Source of the DNA: Felis catus
Taxonomy: Eukaryota
Assembly (NCBI RefSeq): GCF_018350175.1
Contig: NC_058368.1
Span: forward strand, 49,477,815-49,541,814
Reading direction: 5' to 3'
DNA: 64,000 nucleotides
The translations under genes were made by a program, and so were the position numbers. The notes under the pieces are model-generated. The model had not been told where the DNA came from. It searched no databases and saw nothing but the letters and a program-made list of their open reading frames with translations. Positions 53,490 to 64,000 of the stretch are shown piece after piece (position 1 is the first letter of the stretch; each line of letters opens with the position of its first letter).

Positions 53490-54350
53490 TATTATTTTTC
53501 ATAGTTTTATTGAGATATAAGTTACATATAGTAAAGTATGCATGTCTGAAGTATATAATTTTTTTCTTATTAATTTTTATTTTATTATGGAAATCTACAT
53601 TCATCGTTTAAAAAATAAAATAGCATTGAGGACAGTTGAAGATTTAGTAATCTCAGAGACACCACCCCCCCCCCTCCTCCTTTCCAATATATTTATAATA
53701 CAATGGTTTGGTTAAATCAGTAGTCAGAGTTTATAGTATTGTGTCTATGTAAATATTGTTTGCTGCCAAATATACTACAAATACATTGGTGTTTCTTTTG
53801 CCTAGTTAATCTTTACTTTTATTTATTATTCTGGGTTGGTCTGTTACGTGCCTATCTCTAATTTTATTTAAAGATCCCTACAGACCTAGCAAATCTTTTT
53901 TCCAAATTTTTAGTACTTCAGAGAACCTCTGAAGTACTTGAAGTATATAATTTGATAAGTAGCCACACATGTATACATTTCACATATATCTAAAAATAAA
54001 GACAATGAACATATTAATCATCCCACAGAAGCTTTCCTCTTGTTGCCTTATAATCCTTTCTTCCTATCCCTGCATATCCTGTACCACATGACAACATGAG
54101 ATTTATCCATGTTGTGTATCTTTCTTACTGCTGGGTGGCACTCCATTTTAAGAATATCCCACAATTTGTTTTTCCATTCATGTGTTGATAGATATTTGGG
54201 TTATTTCCAGTTTGGGACTGCCACAAAACAAGCTGCCCAAGTCTTTATTTGCACATGGGCTCCCAGTAGTCTTGGGTAAATGTCTGGAAGTTGAATGACA
54301 GGATCATATGTTGGTGTATGTTTAACTATTTAAGAAAAACTTTGTATTCT
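53490..54350 (-). mobile_element. Old L1M 3' end fragments
   Basis: ttttattgagatataagttacatatag; gatatttgggttatttccagtttggg. Confidence 0.6.
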
Positions 54351-55419
54351 CACTGGTTATGTTCTTTAGCATGTACTTCTATCCTGTTGAGATAGGCAAG
54401 CAGCATTAGAAATATTCACCATGGAAAGGCTCTTCTTCCTCCACCAAGATTCCTGCTCCACGATCAGACCACCTCAAGCCAATATGGCTTGTCTGTGTGA
54501 TTCCCTACTCAGCCCTGCCTCCTCTGGAGAGGAACCACTTCATGCCCAAGTCTCCCATCCACAGGTTCTATATCTTCTACCCAATTTTACAAACAGGTGA
54601 ATGCCTCTCAGCTTGGAAAAATGTAATTTACTGGCTCTTACTTCTAACCACTAGTATTCTCTCTTCACTCTTTTTCACTGTTTTTGGTAGCTCTTCCTCC
54701 TGTGATATGAGTCAGTGTTCCAGATGTTTTCTGGTATAGTCAAAAGCAGACTTCTCATTCTCCTTGTGTTCTTTGAATAGTTTCCAAGTGGAGAAAGGGA
54801 AATACCAAATTTACTCTGCCACACTCAAATGTCTACTTTTCCTTTTAGTACCAAATAAAAGATCAAGGTTCAGTGCTTTTAAGACCACATGAAGCCCAGT
54901 TCTTCATGAGATTCCTGTCCTGGTATTTTAGCATATTTCTGGGAATTTCAGGAAAGTACCTCACATTCCACAAATCTATCCTCATTAATGTATGTCATCT
55001 CCAACAACTGTCTTACTCCAGACAGCTCTTTACCTTCTTGCAATTTACCTCTTGTTAAATCATAACTAACCTTTCTAGCTTTTTGCCACTTTCCATAGTT
55101 ATCTTTTCTAATTCCCAAAGTCCTTCTGAGTTCAAGTTATGATTTTAGCAAGATATTATGGAAGGTCCAGGGATAACAGCAACACAGAGAAATAACAATT
55201 GCCAACAGAAGTAGATGATCCTAGTGCTCACAAGGCCAACCCCAACCTAAGTCCCTGACTCCTCCCTGTGCAGCATTCATAGGCTCAGCTCAGGTCAATT
55301 CCCACCAATGAACTAGGAATCTTCACCCAGAATAGTTATAGCCCAACATCCTTCAGCCTCAAGAATAGAGAATAGAAATGATTTACAGAAGAACTATCCA
55401 TTGCATTCAGGGGAAACTC

Positions 55420-55556
55420 CATCCCTCCCCCTTATGGATGCTATATAAGCCTACATAACCAGGACAAGAATATCACAATAGTCCATGGTTATGCATCGCA
55501 TCCCTCCCCCTTATGGATGCTTTATAAGCCTACACAACCAGGACAAGAATATCACA
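55420..55556 (+). repeat. 58-bp direct duplication with a 21-bp spacer
   Basis: copies at 55420-55477 and 55499-55556, 2 mismatches. Confidence 0.95.
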
Positions 55557-56713
55557 CTGTCAGATAAAATACCATGAGGAACACACATGGAGGCAGGCCA
55601 GGTAGTGTTTAACTAAGCCCAGCTCAAGTTCAAATTACAATCTACCTCCCAAACTAATACAGCCTTGCTACTCTAGGCTGGTCTCCAACTCTTCAATAAA
55701 CAAAGTGTTACTTAGATCAGAAAACACAATGCATACACACACAGATCTCCCGAGAGAAAGAAAAGTTTTCAAGCATAGAACAGTCAAAGTCCAGGTTTGG
55801 GCTTGGGTTGTGAGAAAATCCTCTAATTCTTCAATGGCATAGTTCTAATATAGCCAAGAACACATTCTTAACCTATACTCTGTCTAAAATCTGTCTTAAA
55901 ATGTCTCCATTTAAGTTAATCCAGTAATTCAGAGGTTTCTAAACCAAAATCAGGTCATATGTAACTAAAGATTTTTATCAGAATGTTTCTTCCTAGAACA
56001 AAAGACAGTACTCCCCCAAAAAGGCAGAAATTATTTGCAACTCTGAAAATGACTGTTTTTCAACTGAATACACTTTCACAAAATATTTACAACAGTTCTA
56101 GGAATAAATGCCTTAGATATTTATATCCTTCTCCAAACCAAAGGGTATCTATCCTTGTTCACATAGCAAAATATTTAATAAGAGATGATACTTAAAACCG
56201 AATATAGTCCTCCAGTGGACTCTGGTCCACACCAAACCCAGTAAGATCACAACTTCGCTTGCCATGGACACTCTACTTAGTTCATGGCAGCCTAAGGCAT
56301 CCTCAGCCTCCCTACTAACCACCTTACATCACTGGCTAATTATAAACATTTTGGTCTGTTGCACAGAGATTTTTTTTTCACATGTATAACTATCAAACAA
56401 AATCTCCCACTGCACTTTTAGAATTTTTTTTAACTTAGTATACAACTTGATATTTAGTCCTACTGAATTTCATCTTTCTTATTTTTTTCATTACTCATCC
56501 ATCAAATAACCTTTTTGAATCCTGACTATCTTCTAAATGTTAGCTGTTCTCATTGGTTCTTATTATTCACGAATATGATTAAGTTGCCTTCCACCTAGTT
56601 GACATTATTGAAGACATTTTTGAACAAAGCATAGTCACAGGTGGGATACTACAACATGCCACTGTAGACTTCAGTTCATATTGATCTCAACACATTATTC
56701 AACATCATAATCC

Positions 56714-56934
56714 AGGGATCAACAAACTGCAGCCTGTGGGTAAAATTCACCTTGTCTTCTGCTTTTGTAAAGAAAGTTTGATTGGAACTCCTGCCACACT
56801 CATCCATTTATGTGTATCTATAGCTGCTTTCATGCTACAATGGCAGACTTGCATAGTTGCAACAGGGACCATGAACCACAAAGCCTAAAATATTTGCTCT
56901 CTGGCTCTATCCAGCAAAAGTTTGCAGACATTTG
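56714..56934 (+). mobile_element. MER58A-like hAT element
   Basis: cagggatcaacaaactgcagcc...aaagcctaaaatatttgctctctggc...aaagtttgcagac. Confidence 0.8.
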
Positions 56935-57781
56935 CTCTAAAGTGACAGATAGATCAAAGAGGTATAGATATGACCTAATGGTATAATCATTCCCTTTTTA
57001 GTCATGCAAACATTTTCAAATGTCATCTTTCTAAAATGAAAATAACTATATATACAGCATTTTCTCGGTCTATAGATTCTCAGAGCATCATTCATAGAGG
57101 AAATGAAATTATTTTTGTTCAGATTTTCTCGGTATACTCCCAGCCTCCTAGTGATTACTGCTTCTTTTCCTCAATTGGCAATTTTCCTGCTTAATAACCC
57201 ATTCTAAAATGTGGCTAGGAATCCTCCATCTGTAGTTTTAAAATTTCTTTTGTCTACTCTTTTGGAAGTTGAATCTACCCTACTTTTCTGGAATATCTCT
57301 CATTCTCCATGATAAAGTACAAGGGTTCCATGATCAAACAGGAAAGCCATTTCATTCAGTCATTATAATACCAGAGTAAAATAACCACTAGGGTATATCC
57401 TTTATTTAACACCAAGATACCTGAAATAAAATCAGTGTTTTAATTTTTAAGATGATTTATTTGATATTATAAGTTTTGAAAATTATTTAATATTCTGAAT
57501 TTTGAAGTTTTTGAGCAATCAACAACCTAATTAGTGCACTTTACTACAAATAAAAAAATCTAAATGTTATGAAATGAGACAAAAGAATAAATTTATAAAA
57601 TATGTATGTTAAACATACATTATAATTTTTATATAAAAATCATTAGCTGTTCCCAGCTCTGATGCTTTTCTCTACCTACATCCCTCTAAACCAAGCAGCT
57701 CTTGGAAATGCTGCCTCTAATATATGTCTTCTGTTCATGGGCTTCAGACCTTGAGCTGAGCCAGTTCCCTCAATAGTTTTT

Positions 57782-57989
57782 TATTTTTTTTAATGTTTTT
57801 ATTTACTTTTGAGACAGAGAGAGACAGAGCATGAGCAGGGGAGGGGCAGAGAGAGAGGGAGACACAGAATCTGAAGCAGGCTCCAGGCTCTGAGCACAGA
57901 GCCGGATGCGGGGCTCGAACTCACAGCCTGTGAGATCATGCCCTGAGCCGAAGTCGGACGCTCAACCGACTGAGCCACCCAGGCGCCCC
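57782..57989 (-). mobile_element. CAN-SINE
   Basis: TSD tcaatagttttt at 57770 and 57993. Confidence 0.92.
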
Positions 57990-60900
57990 ACATCAATAGT
58001 TTTTAGGAGTGCAGCCTCAGAGCAGTAAGTCTGCTCTGAACGCGGGGCCACGTTACCGCCATTACTGTCCGTCTTCCCACCAATCCCTGGGGTCTGGCCT
58101 GGGCTCAGTCTCCATTTTCCCCAACAGAAATACCCACGCATGTCAAAAGATTTCTCCTTCCAGTTCCACGCTTTAACCCTTCCCCCTATTTTTGGAGTCA
58201 CAAACTTGGCTGGGAAGAGGTGAGGACCTGAGTTGTTGCTAGCTACTTTCAAATAATGAGTTACATGGAAACTAAAAAAAAAAAAAAAATCTGAAGATAG
58301 CATATTCTGACCTCATTCTCCATTCTGCTACCTTGTTTCAGGCTTTCATGTCTCACCTGAATGAAGGTAATGACCTCTGAATCCAGTTGCTTTTACCATA
58401 CTGCCCCTAGAAAGATGTTTCTCAGTGCTTCAAATCCTCTCAAGGCTCCCCATCACTCACAAGCATAGTTCCAAACTTCTTAGCTAACATATTGCAGCCT
58501 GTGTTATCTTCCACCACTTATTTCATGGCCCCAACACTCCAACCATAACACAGTGCATATCCTTGAGCACAGGATGTTTCTGTGTCTTTGTACTTATTTC
58601 TTCTTTCTGGAACAATCCTCACTTTTCCTTCAGAACACCTGCTATTCATCCTCCACAAAAATGATCATTTTAATGCATTAGTTAAGTAGTTCCTAACCTG
58701 CACTTCAAGGTTACATTAAGTGTTCCTATTCTGTTCTCTAATAATACACTATTCACGGCTCTTTAATGGAACTTTTCATGCCATATTAGTTACTTGTTTA
58801 TATATGTTTCCCTACCAGAATCTGAACTCCTTGAGGAAAGGGCCATTCTTTCTTCACCTTTGTATTGCTAACTACTATCACATTACCTTTCACATGGCCA
58901 GAGCTGAGCAGTACTTAATGCACAAGTAAATAGATGAATGCACAAATAAATAGATGGGCCAACTCATTCAAAATAGCCTGGTCCTTTCTTACAACTTCTA
59001 TATCCATCTTAAATGCCAATTAAGTCTCAATTGTATTTATTTGATCCTTTCTGCACTTGAATGTGGTCAGATCATCTGTAACCTCTATACCTGCAATTTG
59101 CAGCTTCTTTAATTTCATAATTTGAAATCCATTTCAAATGGATCTTTTCTCCTAGTTTACCTCAAGTCAAATAAATGGTAAATTAAGCCAAAAGATGGCT
59201 CTGCTTGCTTTCACATCCATCAATGCCTCCCTTCCCACTGGGCTATTTTTGCTTCACAGCCATTCCCCTGCACACATGACTGAATCCTCCCTGAGGGTCT
59301 CTTCTTGATTGGCCATGTGCCTACCATTATATTTCTGACTGTCAATGTTGACTGTCCCCACTCTCTGCCCTGTTTGCTCTTCCTCCTTCTGTTTCTTTGT
59401 CTGCCCCACAGGACCCTTCCCTCAGCATCACATGGGGGGAGCTGGTAATCTGAAAACCTACATCTAGAGCACATCTCTAGCTCCAATAGTAACCAATTAA
59501 CTTAGAGTGCCAAATAGCACCCACCACTGCTGTTGAAGCAGCCAAAGGTATTGTATTTGATATTCTCCTTGTGCTCTGATGTGATTGTCAAAACACCCTG
59601 CAAAGTAAGTACAAATGTGTCCATTTTTAAAGATAAGGAAACTGAAACTGAAAGAGTCACATGGCATGTAAGCTGTGAAGTCCAGTGAAGCAGCATGGAG
59701 TACACCAAGCAGACTAGGGTTCAAATCCTGAATCTATCACATATTATCTGGCCCATCGCCAGTCAATTAATCATTTTAAGTAACAGTTTCATATTTATTA
59801 AGAGATGAAACTGTTACTTAAAATGATTAAGTTACTTAAAATAATTAATGATTGCTACCAACTTTGTAGCAATGTGTATGATTGATAAGTGACTGGCACA
59901 CAGTAGGTGCTCAAGAAATGGTAACTCTTAATGTGACAGTGACACATTTGACACATGGCTTCAAACTTGATTAAAAGTCTTTGTTCCCAGGATCCTAATT
60001 CCCTCTTAGGCGATTAATCTCTTTGTTAAGTAAAGGGTTCAATAAGATGGCTCTCAGTATTGCAAAGACCTGCCTTCTCCTTCTAGTTTAACCTGGTCCT
60101 AAGATTGGCTTGTCACTTAACCTCTGAACCTCAGTCTCTTCATCTATAAAATGAAGAGGGTATCTTATTTTCCCAGCTCCTTGGAGATTTTGAGGGTCTG
60201 ATTACAGAAAGTAAAATATTTTGAGAAATGTTATATGCAAAGGAATCCCTCTATAGAGTTAACTGATTAAGGCTCCCTCACCATGACCACCTCATAAATG
60301 TTTACAGTTTCATAGAGTAAATAAGAAAATAAAAGCATCAAAGAAAAAAGTTACAAACATCTAATTTTTGATGCTCTAGACCCCACCAGGTAAGTATGAG
60401 AAGACACTCCACTGCTTGGCAAGGCATTCAGATAATGCCATGTGATTATATTTGGCTTCCAATTCATGAAGCCAGACCTAAGAGAGCATCTGTTCTGAAA
60501 ATCAGTGGGTCTTTTTTCCTTGCCTACAGAGAAGATTTCAGTTAAGTAAGGAAAAAATTATGCTCTAAAAAAACAAAAAAATATTAAATGCAGCATGCCC
60601 AAACAGGATCCAACATAAACTGTGCTCAGCTAACGCTGCCTGCAGTGTGAGTGCACTTGGAAAGGATCCTGTGCTGTGAGCAACTGCACACCCCAGGAAT
60701 ATTATGGGATAGTTGAATGGCTAAACACCTCATTGGATGTAATCTGTGTTACAATTACAGAATCCACTGAGGAAGTTTTGGTCTAAGAGGGGGTGAGAGT
60801 TTGGGAGCTAAGTCCCCTGCATCGCCTATATTTCACACTGTGCCCTGTCTGGTCTCTGCTGAACCTAGATGTAAATAGACCTGATCTGATACACAGGTCC

Positions 60901-61463
60901 CATTTCTCCATTGTTCTCAACACTTCCTATACTCAGAAAAGCTCTAGCTACTTTATGAAGAAGTCCTGAAACATTGATTCTGGCCCTACAGTGGGAACTA
61001 GCTCAGCATCGTACAGTGCCCTGGCTATACTGGAATGATCACAGTGGTCTTCTTAACAAATTTAGCTTATTTGTGCCTACAGAAATAGGGAGATGGTACA
61101 AAACAGTAAATGAAAACTCAGTGTGGAGTCAGATCAACATTTAAGCCCTCTATCCAGCTCTGCCTTGCTGTGGTGTCTCTCCCTGCCAAGCACAACTCTT
61201 CTCTTCCATCTGGCTATGGGAGCCATTCCCTCCCATCGACTTGCCTGCATGAGGGATGTTTTATCTCCCATAGATCAAGCCTGCTGTCTTTATTGTTCCT
61301 CCCTGTTCATCTATAAGAAGATTCTCAGCTCTTGTTGATAATGTGAGTCAGTCTCCCGTTTCCTTCCCTGGAGGGTCATCAATCCTCAAGAACAGCAGGT
61401 TCTCTGCTGCTTCTAATTCCTCATACATTCACTGAAGCCTCCCTTAATATAATTTCCACTTTC

Positions 61464-61660
61464 GGGGTGCCTGGGTGGCTCAGTCGATTGAGGCTCCGAC
61501 TTCAGCTCAGTTCATGATCTCACGGCTCGTGGGTTCGAGCCCTGCATCAGGCTCTGTGCTGACGGCTCGGAGCCTGGGGCCTGCTTCGGATTCTGTGTCT
61601 CCCTCTCTCTCTCTGCCCCTAACCCACTCGCATTCTGTCTCCGTCTCTCTCAAAAATAAA
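61464..61660 (+). mobile_element. CAN-SINE A of the complex block
   Basis: 18-bp TSD aatataatttccactttc at 61446-61463 and 62342-62359 encloses the whole block. Confidence 0.93.
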
Positions 61661-61667
61661 CATTTTT

Positions 61668-61887
61668 TTTTAATTTTTTTTTTCCAACGTTTATTTACTT
61701 TTGGGACAGAGAGAGACAGAGCATGAACGGGGGAGGAGCAGAGAGAGAGGGAGACACAGAATCGGAAACAGGCTCCAGGCTCTGAGCCATCAGCCCAGAG
61801 CCCGACGCGGGGCTCGAACTCCGGGACCGCGAGATCGTGACCTGGCTGAAGTCGGACGCTTAACCGAATGCGCCACCCAGGCGCCCC
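61668..61887 (-). mobile_element. Young SINEC_Fc-type SINE B inserted in the tail of A
   Basis: TSD aaaaataaacattttt at 61652-61667 and 61888-61903. Confidence 0.93.
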
Positions 61888-61946
61888 AAAAATAAACATT
61901 TTTAAATTTTTTTAAAAATGTTTAACTATAAAAATAAATAAACATC

Positions 61947-62071
61947 AGGGATGTTTTATCTCCCGTAGATCAAGCCTGCTGTCTTTATTGTTCCTCCCTG
62001 TTCATCTGTAAGAAGATTCTCAGCTCTTGTTGATAATGTGAGTCAGTCTCCCGTTTCCTTCCCTGGAGGGT
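61947..62071 (+). repeat. 125-bp direct copy of unique flank 61252-61376
   Basis: 2 mismatches between copies. Confidence 0.95.
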
Positions 62072-62084
62072 AAAAATTTATATA

Positions 62085-62309
62085 ATTTTTAAATTTTTTT
62101 TAAAAATGTTTATTTATTTTTGAGAGAGACAGAGACAGACTGTGAACGGGTTAGGGGCAGAGAGAGAGAGGGAGACACAGAATCCGAAGCAGGCTCCAGG
62201 CTCCAAGCCGTCAGCACAGAGCCCGATGCGGGGCTCGAACCCATGAGCCGTGAGATCATGACCTGAGCTGAAGTCGGAGCCTCGATCGACTGAGCCACCC
62301 AGGTGCCCC
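62085..62309 (-). mobile_element. CAN-SINE C, inverted sibling of A
   Basis: shares the variants gaggctccgac and cccctaaccc with A. Confidence 0.93.
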
Positions 62310-62922
62310 AAAAATAAATAAACATTAAAAAAATTTTTTTAAATATAATTTCCACTTTCAATATTCTACTGAAAATGCTCTCCCAAAATGCCAACAGTAA
62401 TGCCTACATATTAGCTCCTACTCTCTCCTCTCAGCCCTCAAACAACTGAAATTTGGCACTGTTGCCCATATCTATCTTCTTCGAACATGTCTCCTGTTTG
62501 GGGACACCATTTCTGTTGAGTCTCCACTCTTCCTGACCATTCATATTTTAAGCTTCTATTTCTCTGCAGAGAATTTAAGTATCAGCATTCACCATTCCAG
62601 AATAGAGGATTCTATTCTCAATTGTCTTCCAACTATTCACTTTGACTATGATGATGAAGGTAGTCATAACTTGGTTGCAAAGATTAAGATAATTGTCCAA
62701 TACCTGGCATTTACTAAGCATTCAATAATAGCAGTAGTTATAACATTTTTTTACTTCATTTCCTGTAACACTTTACTATGAAATCTACATTTCAGTATAC
62801 AGAAGATTTGATACTTTCAAAAGACAATTGGTATAATCTCAGACATTATCTTCATCGTGGAATGTCTTGCCCCCTCCCCCAAGGACTTGTTGTTGTAGTT
62901 TCTGCTGTGTTGTAAAAAGCAC

Positions 62923-63410
62923 TTTTTTAAATTGAAGTATAGGTGACACAGAATGTGACATTAGTTTCAGATGTACAACATAGTGCTTTAATGTCTATAC
63001 ATTATGCTATGCTTATCACAGGGGTAGCTACCATCTGTCAGCATACACTATTACAATAACATTGACTGTATTCCCTATGTTTTGCCTTTTATCCCCATGA
63101 CTTATTCACCCATTACTGGAAACCTGTATCTCTTACTTCCCTTCAACTATTTTGCCCACCCCATCCTCCTCCCCTCTGTCAACCATCAGTTTGTTCTCTG
63201 CATTTATGGGTCTGTTTCTGCTTTTCACTTATTTCTTCATTTGTTTTGTTTTCTAGATTCTACATATAAAGGGAACCATATGAAATTTGTCTGTCTCTCT
63301 CTGATTTATTTCACTTAGTATATAATACTTTCCAGGCCCATCCATGTTGTTCTGAATGGCAAGATTTCATTCTTTATTTCTGGCTGAGTAATATTGTTGT
63401 GTGTCTGTGT

Positions 63411-63452
<42 letters not shown>

Positions 63453-63580
63453 CTCATATTTTTATCCATTCATCTATACATCTATCAATGGACATTTGGG
63501 GTGCTTTATCTTGGCTATTGTAACTAATGCTGCAATAAACATAGAGGTGCATATATCCTTTTCAATTAGTGTTTGTAAAG
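62923..63580 (-). mobile_element. L1 3' end (L1MA/old carnivore type) with (TA)n at 63414-63451
   Basis: tttttaaattgaagtataggtgacaca...ttagtttcagatgtacaacatagtg. Confidence 0.85.
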
Positions 63581-63604
63581 AACATTTTAAAAATCAAATT
63601 ACTA

Positions 63605-63847
63605 GGACGCCTGGGTGGCTTTATTGCTAAAGTGTCCGACTCTTGATTTTGGCTTAGGTCATGATCTTATGGTTCATGAGATCAAGCCCCGCATGGAGCT
63701 CCACACTGACAGTGTCAAGCCTGCTTAGGATTCTCTCGCTCCGCACCAACCCCCCCCCCCCGCCACCGCCCTCTATCTCTATCTCTCTGCCCCTCCCCAG
63801 CTCACATTCTCTCTCAAAATAAAATTTAAAAATAAATAAATAAGTAT
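63605..63847 (+). mobile_element. CAN-SINE
   Basis: perfect TSD aaatcaaattacta at 63591-63604 and 63848-63861. Confidence 0.92.
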
Positions 63848-64000
63848 AAATCAAATTACTATAAGAAAAGAAAGTACAGAACAATAAAAAAATATTTGGA
63901 TATTTACATGGTTTAAACATTGCATAATTCTAAGGACTTGTTGCAGCCTTCAAAACCTGTTTAAATATCAACTTCCCATCAGAATTTTGTGCTGGGCCTC

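Noticed and set aside
55420..55556. Repeat-spacer-repeat resembling a CRISPR unit
   Set aside because: Only two 58-bp copies in mammalian DNA with no cas genes; a local duplication explains it.
61475..62394. Family of similar small ORFs (WVAQSV...SGSVLTA...; GAPGWRS...) across the window
   Set aside because: All are translations of CAN-SINE copies.

Overview
This is AT-rich, repeat-dense mammalian DNA from a carnivore, most likely a felid. The evidence is about 24 tRNA-derived CAN-SINEs (three of them young SINEC_Fc-type copies) and carnivore-type L1 3' ends. These are layered over older L1M, MIR, L2/CR1, MaLR/ERVL solo LTRs and MER3/MER5/MER58/MER82 DNA transposon relics. I see no intact cellular gene, RNA gene or CRISPR array, and no evidence for a new biological system. 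The only recognisable gene-derived sequence is a full-length processed GLRX (glutaredoxin-1) retrocopy at 27246-28740. It splits a MER3 element and still has a 122-codon open frame despite three indels. The most interesting signals are retrotransposition and repair scars: a complex inverted twin-SINE insertion carrying a 125-bp copy of local flank, one target site used twice, two twin-primed L1s, and a tandem duplication with an inverted-templated spacer. There are also a few unverified micro-exon candidates. Repeat family names and comparisons with human GLRX come from my recall of the sequences, not from a database search.
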